In this document: one piece after another, positions 13,001 to 25,879 of the stretch | Numbering within the stretch: the first letter of the stretch is position 1 | Layout of the letters: each line of letters begins with the position of its first letter | Source: Antedon mediterranea | Taxonomy: Eukaryota > Animalia > Echinodermata | Assembly: GCF_964355755.1 (NCBI RefSeq) | Contig: NC_092674.1 | Coordinates: forward strand, 29,388,001-29,452,000 | Length of the DNA: 64,000 bases | Reading direction: 5' to 3' | Made by a program: the position numbers and the translations under genes | The notes under the pieces: generated by a model | Seen by the model: the letters and a program-made list of their open reading frames with translations, nothing else | Told to the model about the DNA's origin: nothing | Database searches by the model: none

Positions 13001-15684
13001 GTGGTATACCATAAATTATTTATTAGTAAAAATAGATTAAATGGATAAATTAGAACGCGCCAATAAACTATACGCACACCTATTTTTCTGAGCATGCGCT
13101 TTGTAACGGTCTGTACTACTAGACACGCGTCGTGAAATTCCAGAAGTTCACTCCTTCACAATATTTCCGTTGGTCCTTTTCTAAAGCAATCAGTTCGGTT
13201 CCTTTTAGTAACCTTTGAAACATTTTATTCATTGTTCTATCAATATAATATTATTCTTTTATAAGTTGGATTCCAACGTTTAATTACTCTTTTGTGACTT
13301 TTGCGTCATATACGAGGCGCCGTCCGAAACACTACCTCTGTCCTACAGAATGGGTAGTATGTCGGATGACGCCCCGTAGTTCATACACACCATGATCACC
13401 AAGTACGACAGGTTCAAATGAAATGTATCGTTGTACACGTTGCGTGAACGTAACGTGTGTATCTTCTGAACCAAGCACTTCGTTCGTTTCCGTTCTCAAG
13501 TACATTACGTTGTTTAAAAACATAGTATGAGTTTGTAGTAAAACATAATCATTTCCGTCACCGTTCCAGATGCCATACATATCTCCTGGTAAATAATACA
13601 CTTGTTCCGAGTACTGTAACACATGCTCTACCTCATTGCCAACGTCTTCTGATGTAAATGTAACCGTTTTTCTGGCAATGATTTGAAAAGTAAGGATATC
13701 GGCAGTGGGACGCAGGATTAAAACGTCCACTGCCCTCGACCTCTGAGCAATAAATCGCCATCCCGTCACGACGCCTCTCTTTTTAAAAGGCTGCCAATAA
13801 TTCATCCACACACGCGTTAGGTCAGTACTGCCAGTGCATTGTTGCAAAGGCGGCCGAACAACTTGAAAACGTGGCGTCTCAAAATCTGCGTTGGAAATAA
13901 TTTAAACATCAAAGTTAATGGAAAAAGTAAACTATATAGTGGTCGGTTGGATAGTTGTACTCCACTGAGCCGTTGCTATGGGCGCTCACTGGCTAAACCC
14001 AGGTGCTCCGGAGATGGGAGCGCCTGAGCAGTGCCCAGAGGAAACAGTCATTAAAATATGTCGAAAAGACTAAAAACATCCGAGGCTTCCAGCGTTGGAG
14101 GGCCACTTAGAGTTCCTAAACCAGACGCCTCAGCCTCCTGCGTTACGCCACTGCCTGAAATAGGTCTAGGTAGTTTAATTTAATTGTCTAAATATTATTA
14201 AATTATGTGTTAGTTTCTAAAATTACCTGTGAATAATGCCTGCAGAGAATACGCACGCCATACAGCATTATCAGACGAAAACCATACAGTTTCTGACGTC
14301 ACAAAAGCCGTCAATGTTTCTGCGCCATCCTTCAGAAGATACTGACTAGTGGCAACAGTCTGATCTTCATCATCATGTTTCAGCAACCCACTGCTGTGGT
14401 GAAAACCAATAATATCGCCACGTAACACGGGAATCCAATCCGGTTCACTGAGTTTATATTCCTGTACTTTATCTAAAACATCTTGTGCAGGAATAACTGT
14501 TCTACCGACGGTATAATAAATCCAGCCGTCGCTTTTTGGCGTTGGTCTAAACACGAGTGCAATTAATTCGGCAGTCTGGGATGGAATAAACCTCCATCCG
14601 CTGATGAATCCAGAGCACGGAATCGGGTTTCCGGTATTGATTAGAGTTGATGAACCACTATCCGATAGAGATCGAGTGATGAGTGCAGGGCCATGGGTGA
14701 CTGGACACGTTTCAGTACCAAACACTAAAAATATTTGTCAGAGTGTGTGTTAATATAGCTAAACATACAGACGAGTATAAAGTGCTCTTTTTGATTGACT
14801 CACTGTTAGACGGGCTGATGATGCTGGGTTATCATTTGGAGGAAGAAGAAAGAATGACAGGACTGAAGATACTAGACACGCGCACAATTTATGACATTTT
14901 TAGAGTTGTTAAAGCTGGTGCCACTAGAAGGATGCAGCGCCAAGAGGTAGACCTAACGCTAGCAAGTTGACCAATGAATCAATCGCTTGTGGTTGGTCAT
15001 CACTTGCGTTGCGTCTACGTCTCAAATAATACGGTATCATATACAATACGTAGACCAGGTTCTAGCCCGTAATTAGTAAAGATAAATATTTGTGCACATA
15101 TGGCGTTTCATACGTCGACTGGTGGACCAACATAAAAAAAAGACAATAAATACAGGCTTGGGGCAAGTCTACACAATACGTTGCCCTATCTGTTCTATAA
15201 GCATAATCAGGCTTTTTTTAACGATATAGATTTAAATAAAAAATGATATTGAAAAATGATACCTGAACCACTTGCTGATAAGATTAAAAGTATAAAAATT
15301 AAACTAGACATTATCCGTGTATATTACCGTATGAAACCTATCTTGAGATGTGAGGCATACGTTGTGACAAAATCAATTGGGATAAAAACTCGATATAAAC
15401 ATACTTCTGATCAATGTAACGTAGACAACAATCATCTAAAGCTCTACCAAATTAGTTTGACAAAACAAAGTGTGATGTGCCTAAATATGGCAGTGATATG
15501 CCTAAATATGGTACAATATTGGATAATTTGTATTGAATTTGTCACACCGTACAAAAACCAAACGATGAGATAAAAATATTGTCGACAATTATACACGTCA
15601 CTGAATTTGTTAAAAAAATAATACTTTACCCTCATTTGAGTTTATTGCAAGATATATCACAAAGACAAGCAACCAGAAAGACAT
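7039..15684 (-). CDS. Secreted mosaic protein (~826 aa): signal peptide, two unnamed ~165-aa 'GWRF' domains, PAN/Apple, EGF-like, F5/8 type C (discoidin), unnamed C-terminal invertebrate domain
   Basis: Phase-compatible exons on the minus strand: 15684-15630 (or alternative 15311-15263), 14724-14227, 13885-13391, 12983-12733 (PAN: CISRCIQNELCKSINY..CDLN), 12092-11963 (EGF, 6 Cys), 11848-11502 and 10418-10277 (discoidin: ALGMQSG..QISASS, WLKVDL..ITGVVTQGR, SMRVEILGC), 9331-9156, 8761-8586, 7719-7559 (RRFFINSYYGGCAGDIGW), 7088-7039 (TAA). Total 2481 nt, a multiple of 3. The donors at 13391 and 8586 are weaker sites. Confidence 0.75.
7795..7975. mobile_element. MITE family M2 (Harbinger-like)
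   Basis: TIR aagcttggttcccactag...ctagtgggaacca(c/a)gctt with subterminal acgcaacgcaag motifs. Other copies at ~8121-8254, 9623-10169 (nested or tandem), ~14911-15025, 23353-23470, ~52704-52876. Confidence 0.8.
9623..10169. mobile_element. Tandem or nested MITE family M2 copies
   Basis: aagcgtggttcccactag at 9623; ctagtgggaaccacgctt ending at 9841; ctagtggaaaccaagctt ending near 10168; duplicated internal gcaggtttgatttcacgcaggcggg. Confidence 0.7.
10505..11075 (-). mobile_element. 5'-truncated LINE (CR1/L2-like): ORF2 C-terminus, 3' UTR stem-loop and A-rich tail, inside the discoidin-domain intron
   Basis: ORF 10720-11121 contains DRLKILNLPDMVQRMKF...RTNAFKYSLFVNFPRIWECIP, a typical CR1/L2 RT C-terminus. 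Hairpin cagttc-aaaa-gaactg at ~10637-10652. (TTTTA)n tail at 10505-10535. The 5' boundary is approximate. Confidence 0.7.
15263..15311 (-). other. Alternative signal-peptide first coding exon of the mosaic gene
   Basis: ATG at 15311 gives MSSLIFILLILSASGS followed by a phase-1 GTATCA donor, compatible with the acceptor at 14724. Confidence 0.5.
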
Positions 15685-15729
15685 ATTGAAAAACACGTCC
15701 TTACCACCACAGTGCCTTGTTAAAACTGG

Positions 15730-16105
15730 AGATACATCATGCAAATTGATTGTTATATTGATTCACTGACGTTAACTTAAGCCCCTGTTCAGACAGGCGG
15801 CAATACATCAAGCAAAATGATTGTTATATTGATTCACTGACGTTACCACCTTAAGCCCCTGTTCAGACAGGCGGAAATACATCATGCAAAATGATTGTTA
15901 TATTGATTCACTGACGTTATTACCTTAAGCCCCTGTTCAGACAGGCGGCAATACATCATACAAAATTATTGTTATAACTATTGATTCACTGACGTTATCA
16001 TCTTAAGCCCCTGTTCAGACAGGCGGCAATGCATCATGCAAATTGATTGTTATATTGATTCATTAACGTTACCGCCTTAAGCCGACTATCGATACATCAT
16101 ACAAA
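15730..16105. repeat. ~74-bp tandem repeat, ~5 copies, just upstream of the mosaic gene ATG
   Basis: Unit atacatcatgcaaa(a)tgattgttatattgattcactgacgtta...ttaagcccctgttcagacaggcggca starting at ~15732, 15803, 15877, 15951, 16028. Confidence 0.85.
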
Positions 16106-18014
16106 ATAATAGTTTCATTGGTTGGATTGGTTTACCACTATGAACCCCCATCTCAAATCATGCAAAATGATATCTATTGATTCATTAGGCTAAATTTACA
16201 ACAACGTCGATATAACCAGAACAACAATGCAATAAATAATTGATAATCTTGACAATATTGATATTGTTGAACTTACTTTATGGAAACATTAACAAAATAC
16301 ATAATCAATTGTACCATTTATTGGTTGTACTATTTAAATTTACTTACCAGAAATGTGTACTTTACGAAAGTATACTTTAGTTACATTAACAAGTTGTGTT
16401 TACGTGAACAATTATTATGTGGCTTTTCTTGATGAGGATTGATGGCGGCGTTGGCACCCTATGATCTCGCAAAGAGTTACAAACCGTACGTAATTACCGC
16501 GTGGAACTGAAAATAATAGGCCTGGTATATATTCCATTTGTAAGTTGGTGAGCGTTTGAGGCAAAAAGTTTTAGATTAAAGTTTTATGTTAAACATTTTA
16601 AACATGTTACAACCCATTCTTATTTTTTCTTATATGGAAACTCTTTACACGTAAACACAGGTTTTAGTATAGGTTTGATTCAGATGGTTGATCATTTAAA
16701 AGTTAGAAAACAGGTCAAAGTTTGTCCATCCGTACACAAATGTGATGTGCTCATATATGGACATGATGATTGGCATGTCACTACATATTTTGGCACATCG
16801 CACTTTTTTCGTCAAACTAGTTTTATAGTGTAGACAGAGCTTAAGACTGGAACAACTTTATTTAATATACAATATACTGTGACAATACTCCTCCCTTTTT
16901 CCTAAATAAAAAATATAATCGAAAATTTTTTAAAGAAATCAAAACTCCAAGTTATTACTTATAATTCTCAATTTTATTTACATAAATATAATAAAATACT
17001 ATAAACCACATGAATAAACTACACTTGTATAACATTGAAAGACATTGAGTTCGTGAGGTATTAAACATCAGTAATTTGTAATTAATGTTTTCACATAGTG
17101 ATGACGTAATACCAATCATGAGTTTAATTTAAACTAATAAACAGCAATATAAAATATATTCAACAAATAATACATTCAACAATTTTACGATTAAAGTTAA
17201 CATTATTGGTTTTCTCTGATATTATGAAATTAAGAATAGCATGGCTTATTTTAAAAACTAGGAACGTGCACGCAATGTAAATAATTCGACCAATCACAAA
17301 CGACATTATCCATCGGATCGCTTGTAATTGGTAAATTTACTTGTACGACATCATAATGTTGTGACCTGGTGAAAATCATGAAAGCATATTACGTAGCTTC
17401 GTGTAATATTTCGTGTAATCAAAGATATTCGGATCTATTATGTGGACATGCCAACTATACTTATTTTTGCATAACAAGTATAAGAGGTATAAGGATTAAA
17501 CTCACAGATACAATTGCAATTTACATACATTTAATCCATCGAGTATTCATCTTGATTTGTAAGAACATGAGAGGCTTCGGTAAGCCGCCATGTGTTCAAT
17601 TGTCTGGTTTATTTATAACACATACTTTGAAATTGTATCTTCATTAAAGTGAAATCAAGGCAGACTTACAATGGTCTATTGTTCTCCAACAATGAGTCAA
17701 AAAACGTTATTTAAATTTTAATTAATTTGTTCCTTTTCCGGTGCCTATACACTTATTTCACATGATTATCGTTAAATTCTTTTTCTAGAATATTAAGATA
17801 AATACTGTAGTAGGCCTATTCGATTTTAGTAACTTAAATTTTTTTCAATACCGTATAGTATTAAGTTAAGGAAACCTGAAATCAATTGTTAGGCAAATTT
17901 TCCTAAGTGATTAAAATATTATCAACATTATATCAGTATTGTTTCAATTCTCTATTCTCCAATCCTACACAAACTTCCACTTTCTGGTAAATTTACCAGA
18001 AAGGGGAAGTTTAA

Positions 18015-19556
18015 TTATTGTAATTGATCAGCAGCATCCCATGCATTTTTTACAGAAAAACTACCTGCGTTTCTGGCAACGTTTGATGATGAACGTGGGT
18101 TAAGAAAGTACTGGGATGGATAGTCACTAAAGTCATGATTCAACTCGTTAAATGTCATGTTTTTAGCAGAAACATTACCAACACTTTTGATAGAGTGTAA
18201 TTTCTCCTCTTCCGTCTGTTGATGTTCTTGTCTTGAGACGTTTTTATTACAAGTCTGCTGTAACCGCATTGTGTAGTAGTCAGCACAATGATCTTGATCG
18301 TTTTCCAGACCTTTTAGACTTTCGAAAAAGTTATCAAAACGGCAAGAAAAATTAGAAGAGTCAATTCGTTCCTGATTTACATCAAATATTGTTACTTTTC
18401 GTTGTTCCCCAAATATGCTAGGAATAAGCTTGTTTTTGGGATTTGTCGAAATTGATTTTCTCTTACTTTGTAATTTGGTTTCTAATTGTTCAAGATGTTT
18501 AATGCTCGATTCCTGTATCGTTATCGGAAGAACCTCTTCAGATGATTTCTCATTTGTAGAGCTGGGTGTGATTTTAAACTGTGGAGAACCATTTTCTGTT
18601 ACCCTAGAATCGTTCATATTTGTTTTACGATCTAAAACAGACGCATCAATCGATTTTAGTTGTTTATCACTTGAAGATATAGATCGAGTACTTGTTGTTT
18701 CGAAACCAGGTACGGTAGACGATTTAGGCCGTCTTTTAGGCTTAGTAGTCGATAATGTGTAATTATTATTATTTAAATCTGCAACCATACCATGTTCTAA
18801 TTCTTTAGTATGGCTCACAGATCGGGTAGCAGCTGTTACTGGTCGTTGACGTCGCTTAGCTAGCAGACAATCAACAGTAGTCTGATAATCAGTGTCAGTT
18901 AAATCCTCTTTAGAATATGTTCTACTCTCCTGTGGGAAAGTGACAACCTTTTTCTTACTTTTAACTTCGCTAGAATCCTCATCTTCGCATTCAATAACTG
19001 GAAGTTGTCCAGAAGATACCTTTAACAGCTCACTCGGCGTCTTATGAATGAGCATATTTCTCGAAGACATTCGACGTTGCAATGCTTTAAGAGCGCTTTC
19101 TCTTTTCGTTGTCAGCTCTGGTTCAGATTCAACCTGTCTAGACGTTGATGATATATCCCTAGTTGCTGGTTCTTTTTGATAATCATTGCTCTCAGACCGA
19201 CGACGAGTACCGGGAGGTGCAGACGCCGAATTCCTATTAAAATTAACGGCATACTTATCGTCTTGGTCTACCGAAGTATTAAAACTTGAAAAGTTATCTC
19301 GATGTGTAAGCTGTCTTAGTAAATCCCGGTTCCCAGTCATTCTAGCATTGTATACTTTAGACTGATGAAGCTTTAGTTGAAACCGTTTGTTCACAATCCT
19401 TTGATCTATCGTTATACTATGCGACACTCTTCGTTTCGATGTATCTAACATGCTAAGTCGTTTCCCAAGCAGCGTATCCAGTTTCCAATTAGCAGAATAA
19501 ACTGCTTGAGATTTCTCACCGACAAGTGTGCCATTTTTATCCGATTTTCGAGACAT
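18015..19556 (-). CDS. Uncharacterised 513-aa protein, single coding exon; N-terminal CCDC190-like coiled coil and long Ser/Thr-rich disordered region
   Basis: Long uninterrupted ORF in AT-rich DNA. The N-terminal helix ANWKLDTLLGKRLSMLD...IDQRIV aligns without gaps to the neighbouring gene. The family call is from memory. Confidence 0.7.
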   Translation of the reverse strand: MSRKSDKNGTLVGEKSQAVYSANWKLDTLLGKRLSMLDTSKRRVSHSITIDQRIVNKRFQLKLHQSKVYNARMTGNRDLLRQLTHRDNFSSFNTSVDQDDKYAVNFNRNSASAPPGTRRRSESNDYQKEPATRDISSTSRQVESEPELTTKRESALKALQRRMSSRNMLIHKTPSELLKVSSGQLPVIECEDEDSSEVKSKKKVVTFPQESRTYSKEDLTDTDYQTTVDCLLAKRRQRPVTAATRSVSHTKELEHGMVADLNNNNYTLSTTKPKRRPKSSTVPGFETTSTRSISSSDKQLKSIDASVLDRKTNMNDSRVTENGSPQFKITPSSTNEKSSEEVLPITIQESSIKHLEQLETKLQSKRKSISTNPKNKLIPSIFGEQRKVTIFDVNQERIDSSNFSCRFDNFFESLKGLENDQDHCADYYTMRLQQTCNKNVSRQEHQQTEEEKLHSIKSVGNVSAKNMTFNELNHDFSDYPSQYFLNPRSSSNVARNAGSFSVKNAWDAADQLQ

Positions 19557-19650
19557 AATCGTTTAATTTTTTTCCCAATGGTATCATTTCATAACACTGT
19601 ATATGTGTACTCTCTGCATTACAAACTTGGTCACCATACCGAGCGCTTTG

Positions 19651-19662
19651 GTTGCTATGAAC
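19651..19662. promoter_or_regulatory. RFX X-box-like motif upstream of the 513-aa gene
   Basis: GTTGCTATGAAC about 95 bp upstream of the ATG at 19556; resembles GTTGCCATGGCAAC. Confidence 0.3.
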
Positions 19663-20590
19663 CGACTGTTTACTCGCCTTTCAGTCAGATATCGATTACT
19701 ATGCAACGTACTGCAGAACTTGCTGTAACTTTGTCGTTTGATGAACGACCCTTTATGATTGTGTTGGTTTAACGATTTCATTGTTGTTGGCGTTTCTTTT
19801 CAAAGTCGGTTTACGAATTTAAACAAGGATAATGTCATTTTCACGAATTCTAAAGAACAAACAACATTATTGATCGTTCATAGTCTGTAGGTCAACCTAT
19901 CCTTGGTGAAATTGTAATAGAATATACGTTGCCGTATAAATAGCTCAGGGTGAAGACGGACACGTATTACGTGACCCATACGATTTCAATAAGCTCCCAT
20001 TGTTTTGAATTTGTAAATGCTTTGTTCAAAGAAAAGCCGAAGATCAATGCTATTGGTTTTCGAAATAAGTTCAAGATCATTAGGTACACGTCGGCTCATG
20101 AACGGTAAATGTGATAAACTACAATCGTGCGGACAGACATAATAATGAAGAGACAATCGTGCGAATAGACATAGAGACAATCGTGCGAATAGATAAAGAC
20201 ATTCGTGTGGACAGACATTAGACAATCGAGTGAACGAAACATCGAACAAAAGACTGAATTAGTTCACACTCAAACAATCAAATTTAAACGAAGCTTTATA
20301 GGAATTGAATTGAATTAAACGAAGCTTTATAGGATAGATTAGTTATTAGATAATTAGATGAGGTTATGGGTGAACAAACTAGACAACAACCAACTTTATT
20401 TTATTACATTTATTCATCTTAACAGAAAATATGCCTTGGTTTAATTTGACATTTTGCATCTTTTTCTTGAGTGGGCCTTACACGAGTGCATATGTCCCAC
20501 ACGATATAACCTATTTGGTTCAATTTTAATGCCGAGGAGGACTGTTCCTGTATTACTTTTGCAATAATGTGTACACACTATCTATCCTAT

Positions 20591-22832
20591 TTAATAATGT
20601 TTTCCCCAACTAGAAACTTTGCCCCGTCTTGAGCCCATGTGTTCATTTGTTCGAAGATAGCGGCAGTTCTTTACATCAGTAACATCTCCTTGTGCTGTGC
20701 CTAATATGTATCCATACACGTTGTTTCTCATAGTGCTCGAATGAGAAAAGTCGTCTGGTTTATGATGACGAAATGGTTCCCTTCGGCCGCTCATTGTCTT
20801 CGATTTGCTACGAGTTATTTGAACTTCTCTATCTGCAAGAAAAAACAAAATCATAATTTTTTTGTATTGTTTAAATATTGACTAATACGTTGGCTGCAGC
20901 CATTTGTCACTCAGACCACGTCAGACAAAAATGTGTCAAGTTCTATTCAAACATTTCCTTCAAGAAGCAGACTAAAACAAACAATTTGAGTTTCAATAAT
21001 GAATTACATATTACTGTTACTAAGTTAGATGATTGTGCTGGTTGAAGTCCAACAGCAGGCCTATTACAGTACTTACATTCGGGATTGATGGCGCTCTTCT
21101 CAGTTTTTCCTGTAAACATTTATATTTTGTTTGTGTTCTGTGTTTTATTTGTTTTCTATATGACAATACTGTATCGTACGGTGAGAGTAAAGAAAGTGTA
21201 AATCGTATATAGAGACTGTGCCTCCTATATAGACCTACAATGACCCAAAATGTGGGGATCTTTCACAAACAATTTATCTCTTTATATTCTGAAAAATACC
21301 AAGCAAGATTTAGGCCTAAACAACATACCCATGTCGGACATCTTGCCGAAGAATTCTTTGAGTTTTCTTTCTCTTTCTGGCTCGTTTGCTCTTTCGGTTG
21401 TCAACGCCTTTCTAAGCATATACGCCTTTCTGTTAGATGGCAATTTGAATTCTTCTGAGGCCGGTTTCACTGTCAGCTCACTCGGTACTAAACTACCTTG
21501 ACTGTTCTTTGTATAACGTGTAACATGTTGTATCTGAGGTACTTGGTAGTTAGGTAGTCTAAACGTTCTGTTAAGGATGCCTACGTGGTATTTATTCATG
21601 TCGTCTAGAAGTTTAGACTTCTGGTCTAGACGTTTCTTACGTTTTAACTTTCCATTCCCTGTTGTTCTAAGCAAACTATTAGTTCCATCGACAGCATCAA
21701 AGTCTTTGCAAGATGTGTCATCTAATACTAAAACGTTCGAGATTGATGGTAGCACTGTATGGGGGTTTATATCTGTTTTATGTGGAGATGATGTGATGTG
21801 AAGGCAGTTTGATTCTTCAGTGAATCTGGACGTCCTTGAATCAACTCTAGAATCATCTCCGAGTTCATTACTTTTAGATTTAGGTTTGCGACTAAAATGT
21901 GGCGGAGTCATTTTCATTCTAGTGAACGAATCGTTCCTCGATAATCCAACACTGTTCACTTTGTTAACAACTTCAATTAATGATGCATCAGAGTCCAGTG
22001 GTTTCTGAATAACTAATGACTCAGTCCTTTGAATGACGTCAACAAAACTATGTTCCTTCACTGGACTTGTAGTTGGAGATACTTTTGGAATCATAAACGA
22101 ATTCCCCCGACTTACATTTTGCGGGGGTTCGATGTACCTATGTGGAAAGTTTTCGTTTTTCCTGTTCGGTGGCTGGATAGAATACGTTGGTACTGATATT
22201 CGACCACTTAGATCAGATAGTTCTGGTGTTAGTAGCAAAGACGCTCTTGTAGGCGGAAGTACAGAATCCTGTTCATCCTCAAATGTTACCTGTGTGTTTG
22301 ACTTTTCTGTCAACACTGTCTGATGCTCCTCTTTCTTTGTTTCAGTATTTTCCATTTCTTTTTCTTCTCCAATTCCAGGTAGAACCTGATATTTTGATCT
22401 CAAAATACTTTTCTCTTTCCTTATTTGGACAAGATCTTTTTTCTTCTTCACATTGTTCGTTTTCTTTTCAGATATTTTCTTTAGTTCTGTTTCCCTTTTC
22501 TCTAACGCTGCTTTTTCCCGGAGTTTTTCTTGTATTTCAATTTGTTTATTAATATACGCTTTTCTTTTGATATCTTTCTTGATTTGATGAAATTTTAACA
22601 AGTTCTTGTAAACCTTTTGCTGTCCATGTGATAACTTTGTGATAGCAATATTCTGTTCGTTGTACCATTGAGCGACCTCTCTCTTCACTGACACCGCGTA
22701 CGCATGGTTGTGACATTTCACAATCGTACCAAGCTCAGAGGCTCTGGTGTCTTTTAGCTGTCCGATATCATCCGAATTTAATTTTTTCAAATTAACAGTT
22801 TTAAGAGACTTCCTTCTTGCGACGCTACTCAT
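20591..22832 (-). CDS. Uncharacterised ~581-aa coiled-coil protein (CCDC190-like, C-terminal CRYLR motif), two coding exons
   Basis: Exon 22832-21329 ends ATG-G|GTATGT (phase 1). Acceptor ttttcttgcag at 20832 continues in frame D-REVQ...DVKNCRYLRT...KHY-stop at 20591. Total 1746 nt. Confidence 0.7.
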
Positions 22833-24628
22833 TTTGTATTACCGGCAAACTGGTAAGTTGAAATAGTCAAACCAAACAACGAATTCATTCAAATGTTATT
22901 TCAATGTGTATTTTAACAATACAAGATAAACGTTATTATTACATACTAAAAACTGGTATTACATCGTTGATTTTCTGGCATTTATCTGCCATTTACCTCA
23001 AATAAGTCGACCGTATAGCCGCAAACCTCTTTAACAATAGGTCCTCATGTCAAACTCGCTCGATTGCTGTTCGTTTCCATGGAGCTCGAATAGACTGTTC
23101 CACATGGCGTCTCTGTGATTCAAATATGCTGAAAGAACAATACAGAATAAACAATAATTTTTTCATTTCATTCAGAGTTAGTGATCAGAGTTTTTCGGTT
23201 TATGAACACGGGAAATTGTCTAAATTTATGAAAATGAATACAATACAGTATTTCCTTAAAATAGTATTACAAGTCATAGTTTGAATTTTCGTCACTCGTT
23301 TCGTTGTATGTGGTATGTTCGGTTGTTCGAAAAAAAAAACTTTCTTTTCATAAAGCTTGGTTCCCACTTGAACGCAACGAAAGGTCGTAATCGCGCCGCA
23401 ATTGATCATGACGCGACGCTTGTGATTGGTAGTCGGTGGTGTGTTGCGTCCAAGTGGAAACCAAAAGCTTTAGACTATTTTACTGATGCTCATCACAAAA
23501 AATACCAGATTATGACAAACATTCATGAGCTTACCTCTTAATTCCGACTATCCAATAATGAATTTCAAAAAAAGGTTTCTGGGCCTGATGGTCATTCGTC
23601 ATTTTTCATCGTACAATAGGCCTCTGTCTAGTTAAAAATACGTTTACCTCCCGGGCTTATTTATCTGTTTTGCAATAAAACTTCCCTTTTTGGAATTCTG
23701 TTTAGAATGTTTTTATTATTGTATTATATCCTAATCCTCCTATGATGATTTACACAAACGACGAATCCATTGTGGCTATGGGGTTACAAAAAATATTCCC
23801 TTTGAGCATGTTTACTTATAGATGAAATAATTGGATTAACCAATTTAAATTTGGAACTTTTTATCATCATCATTATTAAGTTACCATATTGAGTTTACGT
23901 TTGTTATTGGCACGCATAAAATAATGTTGTGTTAGTTTAAGACGAAATCGATGGTTGTTGATTGATTACAATTGTCTAAGCCTAAGTAACATACATATTA
24001 TATATCGACACAAAGTATTGGATTATCGAATTGCAAATATGACAGTTAATAAGTAATAATTAAGTAAAGTCTACCACGCGTAATTTGTAACGGTGAGACA
24101 TGCGATGACCCGTGTGAGTCTGTCAGTCACAACAACGACGCATACTATTGACGAGCGCGTTTAAAAATTATGATTGTGGCTTATTATTTTAAATCTTTAA
24201 TTGTCTATACATTTTTACATATATGCATATATTTTCTTATAAAATGTTACGGTTTCAGCCTTTTGGCTATTTGTATCATTATATATTAATCGTCTGTTTT
24301 TTAACAATAAAATATACCTGAATTATAATAATATTATGCACCTAGGCCTACACAATATTTCTGTTTCTTGTGTGCAATCTAATAAATACTCAAACCATTT
24401 CCGTTACAACAAATAATTCAAACCATGTGTGCTTTTAGTATTATTTTTATTATTTCAAATAACTTCCTTTTCTATAGACATCAAAGGCTGTATGTTATAT
24501 AAATGTTTAAAGAGGATTTAAAATTTATTTCATTTACAATACCGTTTATTATAAAAGTTTCTATCTCTATATTGAACCTTTAAATAGAATGTTAATATTA
24601 TAACAGAGAGTTGATGATAATCTTTATT

Positions 24629-24745
24629 GTATGACCGAAATTCATCCCCTGTATGGCCGAAATTCATCCCCTGTATGGCCGAAATTCATCCCCTGGGTCC
24701 CTGTATGGCCGAAATTCATCCCCTGTATGGCCGAAATTCATCCCT
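24629..24745. repeat. 22-bp minisatellite, ~5 copies
   Basis: Unit ctgtatggccgaaattcatccc. Confidence 0.85.
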
Positions 24746-25879
24746 TGGCTGGCATGTTTTATATTGTATATTCTAATTATATTATTATTTATTAGGTAAA
24801 CATAGATATTCACACCAAAGATACCATACTGAATGAAACAAACACACAGCGTTGAAAGCATTTCTCCTTGGTCAAACTCCAGCTATTGAAGTCTATTTGC
24901 TCAATAGGCGATATCAATGTCAATAGGAAATTCTTGAGTGGTACACTTGGGTTGTTCAGACAACTCGTTACTGTATATTAGCTCTATCGTCGGGGTCAGT
25001 CGACGCTGTTTGCTTAGCTAATAGATCCCCCTTCAATGTATTGTTAATAATAAATATTGAGTAACTTATAAACTATCCGTAGATGAACAAATCGGGTTAG
25101 CTCAAATATTAACATCTTTAAATGTCCATCATTTTATGGCATCTACATCTCTGCAGCAAATAATGTATGTTATGTTTTAATCGGGAAGTTAGGGTTGGAA
25201 AACAATACAGTACGTCCGAGTACTTATTTCAATACAGTATTTATTATTTTAATGTGTCAATGCCAAAATAAAGCACATTTCCATATTTTTTTGAACGAAT
25301 AAATTTATATCTTATATTATAAGATGGCCTGCTGTTAAAAATGAAAGGTCCACTGTAAAAAGGATATTTGTCTAAGCTATATGTGTATAGAAGGTGAATT
25401 AAATACTGTACAGGGTAAACAATAATTTACAAAAAAATAGAAATCAACTACGATTTTTTATAAAATCCTTTGTTCCATAATAAAATTACTCAAATTTCAT
25501 TACTACTGTATATTCTTTCTATTAATATCTAAAATTGCAGGACAATTATTAAATTGTCTTGTTTGGTGCATTCACACATTCTATCATTAATGTTGATTTT
25601 GGTGGAAACAGGTTTGGGGAATTTTTAACAATAATTCATTTAATAATTTTTTAATACAAATTATTATTAATATTTATCCTTCTTTCATTATAAAGCATAC
25701 TATATTCAATAACTGAATATTGCATTTCCTCTCCTCCTCCATCTATGTACACCAGCTTGTATATCATTAATACCATCATTCTTGCATCTTCTTTTCTCAT
25801 CTTAAATGATGGCATACTTTGTAATAATCCCCGTATCACAAGAAGTTTGTTCTCACTTCATGAACAATGGTAATTTCTT

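Noticed and set aside
16277-16317. Third candidate signal-peptide exon MVQLIMYFVNVSI
   Set aside because: Its donor is phase 2, incompatible with the phase-1 acceptor at 14724.
20591-20854. Stand-alone small protein gene
   Set aside because: Better explained as the terminal exon of the gene starting at 22832 (phase-1 donor at 21329, acceptor at 20832).
18415-22552. Plus-strand ORFs antisense to the two long minus-strand CDSs
   Set aside because: Shadow ORFs of real coding sequence with no independent support.
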